Shown here piece after piece: positions 1 to 13,086 of a DNA stretch of 64,000 nucleotides (positions are counted from its first letter, which is position 1; each line of letters begins with the position of its first letter). The DNA lies in assembly GCF_006345805.1 (NCBI RefSeq), contig NC_043002.1, positions 33,294,001 through 33,358,000 of the forward strand, given 5' to 3'. The notes below the pieces were generated by a model. That model saw only the letters and a list, made by a program, of their open reading frames with translations, had not been told where the DNA came from and did not search any database. This DNA is from Octopus sinensis (lineage: Eukaryota). The position numbers were made by a program, and so were the translations under genes.

Positions 1-498
1 AAGTTAAAAATATGGAGAAAAAAATAACAGGCAAGTTAGACCAACAGACCTTTCAAATTAAACACAAAAGCTAACCAGATTTAACATATGTTTTAACTCC
101 ATTTATTACTGGAACTGCGACCAACTTCTGTAAACAGGGATAGAGAGATAGGAAATGTATTTTGTTAGAGAGGCAAAATAACACAGAGTTCTGGCCTATT
201 TTTTAAAAATTATATCTGTATGGTTTTATTTAGAAATGTAATTATAAGTGAGTCGTTAAATAATCATATAATTATTTTATATAAATTTCAATATTTTCTA
301 TATGCTCTAAATAAATTGCATAACGTCTCTTCAGACGTTTTCGGCTTTATATAACTTGCTTCAACATCACTGCATGCGTTTCTATCAGTTTTGTAATATG
401 TGAATTGTGTGAATGGGATGTTGTAGAAAAATATGGAATAAATACCAATATTACATCGACACCAGTGCTTAATTGGTATTACTATGTATAATAATAAT

Positions 499-573
499 AT
501 GATGGATGTATTAGGCTTCGTATATTTGTACCCGAGTGTGACTTTGATAGCATGCGCTGCTCTCTCACTCAAT
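499..573 (+). mobile_element. Very short 3'-end copy of the (AAT)n-associated element at 695-1257
   Basis: ATGATGGATGTATTAGGCTTCGTATATTTGTACCC...GCTCTCTCACTCAAT aligns with 1184-1257; flanked by AAT repeats. Confidence 0.7.
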
Positions 574-600
574 GACAATAATAATAATGATGATGATAGA

Positions 601-671
<71 letters not shown>

Positions 672-692
672 TAATAATAATAATAACATAAT
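571..692. repeat. (AAT)n microsatellite with a few GAT units
   Basis: Direct read of sequence. Confidence 0.95.
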
Positions 693-694
693 AA

Positions 695-1257
695 CGCTGC
701 CCTGATGCAGTGCCATGTACTAGGCAGTGGCTCTCATGGCTTCTGATCTTAACTGATTGGAAGTGTTACCATGTACACTGTTTTGTCTTGGTATAAAAGA
801 TGGACTTCAGCAAATAATCTGCTCTATACCACAGATTTGCTTGTCGGTTGTTTGACCTTAACCAGTTGACCATGTCCCTTAGTGGCTGACGATATGTGCA
901 TCTCTGATCAGAAGTAGTGGGGGAGCATCATAGGCATGTGGTGAGAGGAACTCTTTGGGGTTTGGATAATTCATCTCTGGAAACAAGGATGTTTTGTTCA
1001 ACATCCTTAAACAATCCTTATTCAGGGACCTTTTGAGCGGGATGGGCTACTCGACCTGAAGAAAATTCTAACTGGGCCCCACCTGCAAGGTCATGCGCTG
1101 TTTATCTTGATATGAGATCACCAATGTCGCACACAAATGGTTGCGATGCATGTGCTTAGTGTACCCTTATCAGACGAGTAGTTATGATGTGTATATTGGG
1201 CTTCGTATATTTTACTCCAGCGTCACTTTGATGGCATGCACTGCTCTCGTACTCAAT
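695..1257 (+). mobile_element. 5'-truncated non-coding 3' portion of a retroposon inserted in (AAT)n
   Basis: Complex sequence bounded by AAT arrays on both sides, ending ...CTCGTACTC(AAT)n; its last 75 bp are repeated at 499-573; no ORF. Confidence 0.6.
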
Positions 1258-1273
1258 AATAATAATAATGATG

Positions 1274-1341
<68 letters not shown>

Positions 1342-1351
1342 AATAATAATG

Positions 1352-1433
<82 letters not shown>
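1255..1433. repeat. (GAT)n-(AAT)n compound microsatellite
   Basis: Direct read. Confidence 0.95.
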
Positions 1434-1435
<2 letters not shown>

Positions 1436-1454
1436 TTAGTTTTAGGTTGAGTAA

Positions 1455-1600
1455 ATCGCCTGCACTACTGGACGTACTTAAATTAGCAACCTCAGAAAGC
1501 TGTTGGGCAATTTTCTTTCTGGTGAGATTCGAACTCAAAATGTTGGGGCATATAACAAAATACGGCAAGATAATTTGTTAGATGTTCAATGCTTAGCGAC
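1455..1600 (-). mobile_element. Degenerate SINE family B copy
   Basis: GATTCGAACTCAAAATG and AAATACGGCAAG resemble the reverse complement of the family B head. Confidence 0.4.
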
Positions 1601-2079
1601 ATAAAGCTGCCAAAATGAAGAAATAAAACTGGGAGCTAATATTCCTTTTTTATAATCTATCCAATCAGTTCAAAGAAATAATTGAACATGCATTTTGCTG
1701 TCATAGGTCATTTTCCGCAATAAAGTTTCCCTTAATATCACCCAGTACATATGTACAATCACTCCCACCCCAATGACAACCCACCCAGTACATATTCTAT
1801 ACATTCACCACCCACTACTATAAGGCAATCACTTCTCAACACTACAAAATACTCTCACACAGTATAGATTTTGACTTAAGTCTCTCGAGGTGGGAGATAT
1901 ATAAGGTTAGGCAACAAGTTTTCGTCAGTATCTTTGATCAATTGCAGTACTCTCTGTTACTGTCTAACTGGTCGTCCTGCCGAAAATATTCAACATCAAG
2001 TGTTTTTGTGCCAGCCACTTTCTTTCTTTATTATTTATTTATTTATTCCAATATCTACAACATTGTAATTCTTGCATGC

Positions 2080-2500
2080 CGAATATCTGGTTAGTATCAA
2101 GTATGGCCTATCAAACAAAACCAGCCATAATGTTTTGCAGCGGTTAGCATTTCTTTCATTGAAAGATGTCCTCATTCGGAATTGTCTCGACTATATCTCC
2201 CTTAAACATCGTTAATGGAATGTGTCCAGCTTCTTAATCACTTTTTCTATCATCCCCATCTATTGCTACTACACTATATAGCTAGAAATTCTTTGCAGTA
2301 TCGATATTTGTTGTTGTCCAGATTTAACACATGCACTGGAATATTCTCTACTATGAAACTCAATGTTAGGGAGAAGACGATAGAGATCCTACAACGTACA
2401 TTCCAAAAAGTTATCTCCCTGTACTATAAGACATCTTCATATGGTACCTGCTACACAATCACATACCAATACCTAAAATAAACCTTGAGAGGACATCTTC
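2080..2500 (-). pseudogene. Highly decayed RTE-clade LINE fragment (post-RT region)
   Basis: Manual minus-strand translation gives IWTTTNIDTAKNF*LYSVV and IEKVIKKLDTFH*RCLREI, resembling the RTE motifs IW..K.I....K..LY..VV and KKLDTFH.RCLR.I. Confidence 0.45.
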
Positions 2501-4540
2501 TACGAAACTCTTTCAAGTACAGTGTTACTCCACCCCCACCCCCCATAAAACGCCCAGGCTATAAAATCACTTCGCAATACTAAAATAACGTATATTCTAG
2601 AAAATCACATCTCAGTCTCTAATTCAGTTGAAGCATATACTTTCCTCAGTAACTCGCCGATATTATAGTACACCTACACAAGACTTATACGATTACGTTA
2701 TAATGTCTTGAAAATGTTCACAACAAACTGGAGTAAAATTAAATCAACCAGAGCAACAAAATACTATTTTATTTCCTCTAGTCTATTTTCTGGGTTAAAC
2801 ACTTATTGAAATCGATTATTTTTTATTATATTTGCAAGTAGCTGCAACGTAATAGAATAAATTTCATTGATTGTAGGAGAAACCGACGAAGACTGGCATT
2901 CACTTAGTCGCTATACATCACTATGTAGAGTCTGTGAAACTTGGTTTCAAATCCTGGTTCAAGATATTTAATATCCAAGTTACTACTTTTGAAACAAACA
3001 TGGATGTTATGCAGCTTATTTCATCATAATAAAATTGTGGCTTTGCAGAGCACCGTGAGAGATTTTATTTTACTTTCAGACAGCTTAACTTCATTTTAAA
3101 CATGTAACTAAAGTGTCAACAGATGAACATCACAGCATGCATCAACCCCCGCAAACGACATTCAGTTTATGCTTCTGTAAACAAATAATAGCATACCTAT
3201 CATCGGAAATTTCATTAAGATGGTAGTTATATATCTTCTGAATCTGTAATTAACTTTCATATTTTTAATTAGAGCAAAGACTGTTGATTTCTAATCAGAA
3301 TTTATCTTCAAATCTTCGAGTAAAGAATTTAGTTTTGATATCAGACTAGATGCTTCGAGTCTAGTTTCATATGGACTTAATTCATTGAAAGAACGTAAAA
3401 TCAATATTGACAAAAATGCCGGACTCCATAGACAATGGAACAGAAATTGGAAATAAAAAAGTGTTTAGATTATTTCTTGTCGAAGTGCAATTCCAAATCA
3501 AAGATTTATTGAAAAGAAAGGAAACAATGTGCATATCATTCCCTACCTTCCCAGTACAGTTATGATTGTTCACTTTATTAGATTACTTATATATATTTGA
3601 TAGAGTTTGATATGGCAAAAAGAAACTAATAAGTCGGCTGAATTTGAACCTACGGGACAGTGCTTGGGTGAATGAATAGTAGAGAAAGCTCATTTTGAAT
3701 TCCTATGGAATTTAAAAACATGATCATAGTTTTCTGAAGATATCTTCTGGTACAAAGGACTTAGCTAAACATTTACTACAATTAGATAAAGCAAAAAGTA
3801 TATCTAACCAAATTTTATACCCTCTGAGCAGAGCTAGCACCCGAATATTCATCCACCTTGACCAGTCTGTACAGTGTGCACCCTTTCTCCAAGTTTTTTC
3901 TACTCGTTTTTCTACAACTACTAACCTGTTTGCACCAGAAAATTAGAATCATCTTACAAACAAAAAAAGTCTTCTGCTATAATCAAGTCCATCACTGAAT
4001 AAATGCTATCTAGCAAAATTTGAAATACTGTACGTCAAAAGCATGTGACAAGCCCCAACACCACACGTCTCTCTCGTCTCCTCAGCTCCAGGAATAACCT
4101 CATTTGCCCTATCTGTTACTAAATTTTTGTACTTTTAGTTGGTTTAATTTGTTCAGAATTTGTATAAGGCTCGCAGATTCGAGCTCCCTAGACGATCATC
4201 TAGTTTGCTCAGAGAGAAGTTCCAATTCTGCCTCCGCGTCAAGAGCACTGCTCTCTCTGATTAATTCTCCACAGATCAACAAATCATCAAATAAAATATT
4301 AAACATTTTATTCATATTTCATTCTAAATTTCTCTAATTTAGCTTCTTTGCAAAAACATAGCCAAAATTTAAATCGCCATTTTGTATCTTAATTTGCCTG
4401 TTTATTGTAGTCCAAAAGAAATGTAATCAAAGAAACCCAGGACCTATTGGTATGTAAAAATAATCAGATCATTTAAAGTCTTCTTTCGCGATAGCTAATG
4501 ATGTAAATGAGTTAGGTTATGGTAAAAAATATTAACGTAG

Positions 4541-4886
4541 GTGCGGCGTAGCTATGTGGTACATGAAGTTTGATTTCTATCCATATGGTGTTGGGTTCAG
4601 TCCCACTGCTTACCACCTTGGACAAGTGTCTTCTACTACAACCCTAGAGCCTTGTAAGTGGATTTGGTTGACGGAAACGGAAAGAAACTCGTTATATGTT
4701 TATACACATATATATATATGTGTGTGTGTGCCTTTATGTTTGACAACTGGCGTTGGTTTGTTTACACCTCCGTAACTTAACGGTTCGACAAAAAGAGACC
4801 GATACAAAATGATAAGTATTGGAGTCGATTTGTCCGACTAAACCCTTCAAGGCGATGTCCTACCTTGGCCGCAGTCCAATGACTGA
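4541..4886 (+). mobile_element. tRNA-derived SINE family A, diverged copy
   Basis: Head GGGTTCAGTCCCACTG, CCTTGGACAAGTGTCTTCTACTA, internal TA/TG run, tail GCCGCAGTCCAATGACTGAAACAAGTAAA. Confidence 0.8.
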
Positions 4887-5561
4887 AACAAGTAAACGGC
4901 ATTACTTAATCACCTATCTTTATATTTATTTCTATTACTGTCAGTTCAAACCATGATAAATCGAATTTCGTAATATTCACTACGAGTAAAAATATTGTTT
5001 TGTTACTTTGTACTCTGTTCTGCTACCGATGACAACCACCGATCTCACTCCTCCACAAAATAGTTGATTTTCAGCCAAACTTCAATGCCATCTTTTGAAT
5101 ACAAATCAATCCTAAGAACGAAATAAATTCAAGGATCAACATAAAGATTGAGTAGTTCCATTTAGATCTATCTTTTAGCATTTCATAAAAACCTTATCAA
5201 TTTTGTTGCTGTATGTATTTCAGCTCTAGAATTTCTTGCAGTAAATGAAATATATCTTACGTTTGAATAACAACAAAAAATGTTGTTTGAAAAATATTTT
5301 ACAACGATTCCAAAACTACTTTGTATTGACACACAATTTAAATCAATCTCTCGAAGCACTTTTCTCCAAAGAAACTGTCATTTTACTGTAAAAGTATCTA
5401 CTCCAAAATTTTCTTTGGGTTTTCTTTAACACGGGAAAATATGAAACTTTATCTTTTGTACTTGATATTAATACTGTTATTTGAAAAATTTTTTCGTTGC
5501 AACATATTTAACATTTTCTGATATGAAAACATTATTTTTTTAAAAAATAGAATGTGGATCA

Positions 5562-6163
<602 letters not shown>

Positions 6164-6619
6164 AATACATAATGACGAAACCTTATTTATATGAATTCTA
6201 TGTGAAAAACTAAAATTCTAAACTATCGTTATTAGCGATGGAAGCAGCATTAGTTAAGAATAGCTATCCATTCTTAACTAATGTTGATATATAACTTACT
6301 AAATGTTGATATATAAAATAACCAACAAAAATTGAAAGAAAAATATTTGAGTGTCATATGCTTTATCTGATAAAACATTTGTTGATTAATATATTGATAC
6401 TCGAATATTCATTTGAATGATTAGATATTGATTCGTCACTCTTAATCAGGTGAAAATTATAACAACTCTTTCGGATTGTTTTGACGAATATGATATCAAT
6501 ACCTGAATATTGTTTCGGATTTCACACGATGTATAAGATGTATTAGATTGATTTTTATCTTTCAACTAGTGTGTCGCATAGCAGCAACAAAGATCATGGT
6601 TTCAGTTAAGTCATTGCAG

Positions 6620-6884
6620 ATACATACATACATACATACATATATACATCCATACATACATACATACAAGCATGCATACATACATACATACATACATACA
6701 TACATACATGCATACATACATACATACATACATGCATGCATACATACATACATACATACATACATACATACATACATACATACATACATACAAGCATACA
6801 TACATACATACATACATACATACATACATACATACATACATACATACATACATACATAGATGCATGCATACATACATACATACA

Positions 6885-6915
<31 letters not shown>
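6620..6915. repeat. (TACA)n tetranucleotide array
   Basis: Direct read; source of the HTYI/MYVC ORFs. Confidence 0.95.
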
Positions 6916-6916
<1 letters not shown>

Positions 6917-6944
6917 CATCAATAATTATGATCACACAGATGTA

Positions 6945-7009
6945 CACACGGGGGTGAGTCAGAAAGTAATCTGAATGAAATAGACATTATTTTCTGATTC
7001 ACCCATGTA
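6945..7009. mobile_element. Minimal Tc1/mariner-type MITE or hairpin remnant
   Basis: 19-bp inverted repeats GGGTGAGTCAGAAAGTAAT (6952-6970) and ATTATTTTCTGATTCACCC (6986-7004), 2 mismatches, TA nearby on each side. Confidence 0.55.
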
Positions 7010-7238
7010 TGCATGTATGTATATATGTATGTATGCATGTATGTGCAGATTTGTATGTTGTATGTATGTATTCTCATGTATATAGTTGCTATATTATAAG
7101 CAATTCATGATTATTTACGAATATATCAATGGCCGAACATGTATTCAAAACATTTCATAAAAGAAGTGTGTATAGTTAGTCGTAAAAATCCTTACATGAT
7201 ATAATTGTGGTTTATTCATAATTATACACACTTCTTTG

Positions 7239-7298
<60 letters not shown>

Positions 7299-7589
7299 TA
7301 TATACATACACCCATATATATATATATATACCCATGCATACACACACACGTGCGCGCGCATTAGGTTATCCTAACATAAAGTGGCCACTTTCTAAAATTT
7401 GTTTCCATGAAGGCATGTCTGGCAAATGTTAAGGCATCAACCTTTGCTATGCATTCTTCTGTATTATTTACTGACATCGCAGCTTTTGAAAATCTTAAAT
7501 TCATTGCTGATTATATATGAATATTATAACGTTTTTCTTTTGCTTTTGTAAATGCTATACTTAAAAGAGACTAGATTTTTGCTTTTGTA

Positions 7590-8512
7590 TGAGTTCAGAC
7601 TCGGTGAAAATGCATTTCAAGCTATCGAAAATAGCAAGGTATTGATAACTTGCTCTGTGAATAAAAAAAAAAAGAGAAAAAAAAAAGGATGAAGATGATT
7701 CAATAAATTTCAATCATGATATATGTATCTGAATAGAGAACCGCTAATAATCTAAAGGTTTCGAAATTACATGAAGGATGCCATCTTGCAACGATTGGTA
7801 TAGTGAAAAAGAGGGACAAATGCAGAGTTTAATTCACAGGAATTAAACACTGGAAACAAGATGCATCGCTTGTCAGTCTTTGTATTTATTCTTACGCGAA
7901 ACGAAAGGGAATAATTTTTGAAAATAATAATCACCTGTGACGAAAAAGGGGTCTTTTATCACAAAAGCAAATGATCATCATGCTGGTTAGATATTGAAGA
8001 GTTGCCTGAAAACATGTTTCAAAACCTCTTTACATCCCCAAAAAGTTATGGTTTTTCTGTGGCGGTGCTATCAAAGAATCATCTGTTATTCGATTCTCCG
8101 GCCAGGAGAAACAGTAACGTCGCAATCCTACTGCTAGCACATTAAGGAAGTTAATTCTAAATTAGCTACGAAACGTCAGGCATTAATAATAAGACGAGGG
8201 GCAAGATTTCTTGCCAATAGCGAAAGAACCGGTTTCTAACCTCTGGTATGACAATTCAAGGCTCCAGATCGCAAATCAGACGAAAATATATTTGCAGCAG
8301 CTTATTTATGAATTATTGGATCGTCTTCGTTAATCTCTAGAATTATCCCCAACAGACTATCACTTATTTTGCCACCGTGACAATTTGTGTGCAAACAAAG
8401 AAGCAATGACAACATTTGAACAAAAGATATTAATATTTCATAGAAGAAATATAGTCTCCCACGATAATGAGGAAAATTTGATGAAGCTAATGGAGTTTGT
8501 TTTGATTAATAA
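7590..8512 (+). pseudogene. Decayed mariner (DD34D) transposase
   Basis: Translation across frameshifts: IITCDEKGVFY, HPQKVMVFLW, LRPGETVTSQSYC, YDNSRLQIA, LSPTDYHLF, matching mariner motifs TCDEKW / HPKK / HDNARPH / YSPDLSPTDY. Confidence 0.85.
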
Positions 8513-8580
8513 GTAATGATTACAGTTTTATTCGTTCTCCAAGTGGCTATATCATGTGGAATAGCCTATGAATGTCATTG

Positions 8581-8874
8581 TTCAGTTTATTTCAAGATTT
8601 CTTGCCAATAGAGAAAGAACCGGTTTCTAACCTAGATCCAAGGCTCTTTCATTGGAATTTCAACATCAACAGTAGGATATTTTTGTATGTATGTATGTAT
8701 GTATGTATGTATGTATGTATGTATGTATGTATGTATGTATGCATGCATGTATGTATGCATGTATGTATGTATGTATATATGCATGTATGCATTCTCTTGC
8801 ATATAGTTATGTATCTAGACATGCGCATATATATTTAAATTATAAGCTTTTGGAAAGTTTTACAGATTTTTACA
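8581..8874 (+). mobile_element. Non-autonomous repeat family D with internal (TATG)n
   Basis: Both non-repetitive flanks (AAGATTTCTTGCCAATAGAGAAAG...GGAATTTCAACATCAAC and GGAAAGTTTTACAGATTTTTACA) recur at 24250-24564. Confidence 0.75.
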
Positions 8875-8926
8875 TATGTATGTATGTGTGTGTGTGTATG
8901 TACGTGTATTTGTATGTATATATATA

Positions 8927-9345
8927 GGCGCAGGAGTGGCTGTGTGGTAAGAAGCTTGCTTCCCAACCACATGGTTCTGGGTTCAGTCCCACTACGTGGT
9001 ACCCTGAGCAAGTGTCGTCTACTATAACATCGGGCCGACCAATGCCTTGTGAATAAATTTGTAGACGGAAACTGAAAGAAGCCCGTCGTGTGTACACACA
9101 CACACACATATATATTCATATATATATATATTTGTGTGTGTGTCTGTATTTATCCTCCCACCATCGCTTGACAACCGATGTTGCTGTGTTTGTGTCTCCG
9201 TAACTTAGCGGTTCCACAAAAGAAATCGATAGAAAAAGTATTAGGTTTACAAAGAATAAGTCCTGGGGTCGATTTGTTCGACAAAAGGCGCTGCTCCAGC
9301 ATGGCTGCAGTCAAATAACTGAAACAAGTAAAAGAATAAGAGAAT
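8927..9345 (+). mobile_element. SINE family A, near full length
   Basis: GGCGCAGGAGTGGCTGTGTGGTAAGAAGCTTGCTTCCCAACCACATGGTTCTGGGTTCAGTCCC head; tail CAGTCAAATAACTGAAACAAGTAAAAGAATAAG. Confidence 0.9.
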
Positions 9346-9358
9346 ATATATATGCATG

Positions 9359-9390
<32 letters not shown>

Positions 9391-9465
9391 ATGTAGGTCC
9401 CGGTTGATTCGGGGTTAACCACAGTAAATAAGGTACTCAATACATAGCAGAGTAAAATTAATTTA

Positions 9466-9738
9466 TTATATAGAAGGAGCTTCTACAGGACTAGAACTGT
9501 TTCATTCAAGAGAAATCTTCAGGAAGCTAGTTAACAAGAATTGTATTGGCATTTATACATTTAGGCAGGTTTAAAGGGGTGTTGGTGGGGGACTTTTTTG
9601 GGGGTAGGCATAGCGCAAAATATCATACTTGGGGGAGTGGTCAAGGAGTCAGTGTTAAATTAGATAGAAGAATAAAAATAAAAAAATAAAAAAATAAATA
9701 AAAAAATAAAAAAATAATAAAAGAATCTATATATAAAA
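9466..9738 (-). mobile_element. Penelope-like pLTR arm (left arm of inverted repeat)
   Basis: Reverse complement of 12773-13027, no mismatch seen in the non-repetitive part; carries an HHR fold. Confidence 0.8.
9478..9528 (-). ncRNA. Type I hammerhead ribozyme fold
   Basis: Exact reverse complement of 12965-13015. Confidence 0.75.
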
Positions 9739-9739
9739 A

Positions 9740-10208
9740 TACGCATGTATTATGTGTGTGTGTGCGTGTATGTATGTAAAAAAAAAAAATATATATATAT
9801 ATATATGTATGTGCGTGTGTGTGTGTGTGTATATATGTATAGATGTATGTATGTATATATGTATATATGTGTGTATGCATATGTATGTGTATATGTATGT
9901 GTGTATGTATGTGTATGTATGTATAAAATATTATATAATTAGGGCTTAGTAACATAAATTACTTTGCCACATACTGAACTTTCTAGAAATAGCAGCCAAA
10001 AAAGTTTTTTAGCCTCCTCCACTACTTAGAGAATTTTTTCCCTCAGACATTGTTTACTCTTAAAAATAATGGTCCTTTTACATACTGAATACTTGGTGAA
10101 ATTAACTTTACCCTCAATTGTTGATATATGTATGTGTGTGTATATATATATGTGTGTGTATGTGTATATGTACATGTATGTATATATGTATGTATGTATG
10201 TATGTATG

Positions 10209-10301
<93 letters not shown>

Positions 10302-10546
10302 TGTATGTGTGTGTATATGTGTATTATATATGTATATATTTATATATATGTATATGTATATGTATATGTATGTGTGTGTGTATATGTATATATGTGTATA
10401 TATATGAGTGTACGCGAGTATGTCGATGTATATGTAGGTATGTAGAGTTATGTGTATGTGCAGGTATGTGAGTGTAGATACAAATTGTAGATGGTGTATA
10501 TATGTATGTGTATATATACATGTATATAGGTATATGTATGTGTGTG

Positions 10547-10590
<44 letters not shown>

Positions 10591-10685
10591 ATGTATATGC
10601 GAGTATGTAGAGATATAAGTATGTGCATGTGTATATATATGTGTGTATATATATGTATGGGTATGTGTATGTGTATGTATGTATG

Positions 10686-10716
<31 letters not shown>

Positions 10717-11199
10717 ATGTATGCATATACGTATGTATGTATGTATGTATATGTGTATGTATATATGTGTGTAAGTGTGTGTATATATGTAAATGTAAGT
10801 GTGTGTGCTTGTGTGAGAATGTATGTATGTTTGCACACATGTATATATGTGTGTGTATGTGTATATGTATATATATATATGTATATATGTATATATATAT
10901 ATATATATGTATATATATGTGTATGTATATATATGTGTATATGTGTGCGTGTGTATACATGTGTGTATGTGTATGTATGTATGTATATATATGCGTGTGT
11001 ATGTGTATGTGTATATGTACATATACGCGTACGCTCGTGTGTTTATGTATATGTAGGTACGTAGAGTTATCTATGTGTGTATTTACGTGTACATGTGTGT
11101 AAGTATGCTTATATATATATGTGTATGTGTGTGTGTGTATATATATATGTATGTATATGTGTATGTGTATATATATGTGTATATATGTATGTATATATG

Positions 11200-11232
<33 letters not shown>

Positions 11233-11608
11233 GTGTGTGTGTAAGTTTATATGTATGTATCCGTCTATATAATAGGTAACTGCACGTACATATACTTAAT
11301 ATTTATTATTTATTTTTTGAGTATGCATGTATGAATAACTGCGCGTATATATATTTTACTATTTACTTATTTTTTGAGTATGCATGTAAGTATGAATATA
11401 AGGAGGCGCGTGTGTGTGTATGTGTAAGCATAGATATATGTATACTTTTACGCATGTGTGTACTTATGTGTATATATGGATGCGCGCGTGTGTGTGTGTG
11501 TGTATGGGTACGCATGTACATGTGTATGTGCGTGTATGAGTATATGAGTATGTATGTATGTGTGTGCGTATATTTGTATATGTATGTATGTATATGTATG
11601 TGTGTGTA

Positions 11609-11662
<54 letters not shown>

Positions 11663-11858
11663 TATATATGTATGTATGTGGGTGTGTGTATGTGTATAAA
11701 TGTATGTATGTATGGATGTATGGATGTATGTATGTATGTATACGTATGTATGTGTATGTGTGTATATGTATGTATGTGTATGTGTGTATATATATGTATA
11801 TGTGTGTGTATGCGTATGTGTGTGTATATATATATATATATATATGTGTATATATATG

Positions 11859-11905
<47 letters not shown>

Positions 11906-12725
11906 ATTTGTATGTAGGTGTATATGTATATGTGTGTGTATTTATATTTATTGGTGTATATATATAGACTAGCCTTCTAAGAGTGTAGACATGAATCTGT
12001 AGGTACGCGTACGTATGTGTATATACGTGAATGTATGTAGATGTATGTATGTTTGAATATAACGCGTGCGTGCGTGTATGTGTATGAGTGTACGAATGAG
12101 TGAGTGTACGTGCTAAAGAGTGTGCGTGAGTGAATGAGTCATTGTTTTCCAGTAGACAGATAAATGGACTGGCTGTCATAGCCAAGATGTTTGTGACCAA
12201 GCGGCCAAAGATAACAAAAGTAATAAACGAAGATAATAAAATTAAAATTAGGGAATGGGTCTGTATTTGTATGTGTATATATATATGTGTGTAGGTGTAG
12301 GTATGCATAGGTACACATATGTATATATATAATATATATATATATACATGTATGTATATGTATGTGTGTGTATATGTGTGTGTATGTGTATATATGTGTA
12401 TATAGGGACTAGTGTGCTGTGTGTGCATGTGTGTGTGTGGATATGTGTGTGTATGCGTGTATGTGAGTATGTGTGTGTATGTGTATATATATTTTTCTGT
12501 GCGTATATGTATGTGTGGTCGTGTGTGTATATATACATGTATGTATACGTGTATGCATGTGAGTGTGTGTATGTATACATATATGTGTATGTGTAGATAT
12601 GTATATGTATGTGTAAGTGTATATATATGTATATATATGTGTGTGTATGTATGTGTGTATGTATGTGTGTATGTATATGTATATATGTTTGTATGTGTGT
12701 GTATGTATGTATACATGTGTGCATA
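9740..12725. repeat. 3-kb TA/TG/TATG low-complexity block with short complex islands
   Basis: Direct read; islands at about 9950-10125, 11270-11400 and 11965-12260. Confidence 0.9.
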
Positions 12726-12772
12726 GGTATAAGTGAGAATCTCCTTATTTACCTAAAACTCTATTTCCCTTT

Positions 12773-13020
12773 TTTTTATATATAGATTCTTTTATTTTTT
12801 TATTTTTTTATTTTTTATTTTTATTCTATCTAATTTAACACTGACTCCTTGACCACTCCCCCAAGTATGATATTTTGCGCTATGCCTACCCCCAAAAAAG
12901 TCCCCCACCAACACCCCTTTAAACCTGCCTAAATGTATAAATGCCAATACAATTCTTGTTAACTAGCTTCCTGAAGATTTCTCTTGAATGAAACAGTTCT
13001 AGTCCTGTAGAAGCTCCTTC

Positions 13021-13027
<7 letters not shown>
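12773..13027 (+). mobile_element. Penelope-like pLTR arm (right arm of inverted repeat)
   Basis: Reverse complement of 9466-9738; ends in (TA)n. Confidence 0.8.
12965..13015 (+). ncRNA. Type I hammerhead ribozyme fold
   Basis: Stem I AGCTTC/GAAGCT; core CTGAAGA; stem II TTC-TCTT-GAA; GAAA; stem III ACAG/CTGT; cleavage triplet GUA. Confidence 0.75.

Positions 13028-13086
<59 letters not shown>

Noticed and set aside
3380-4340. Coding-looking stretches such as LLICGELIRESSALDAEAELELLSEQTR (minus) and NIDKNAGLHRQWN (plus)
   Set aside because: Interrupted by stops and no recognisable family; possibly an old transposon but not supportable
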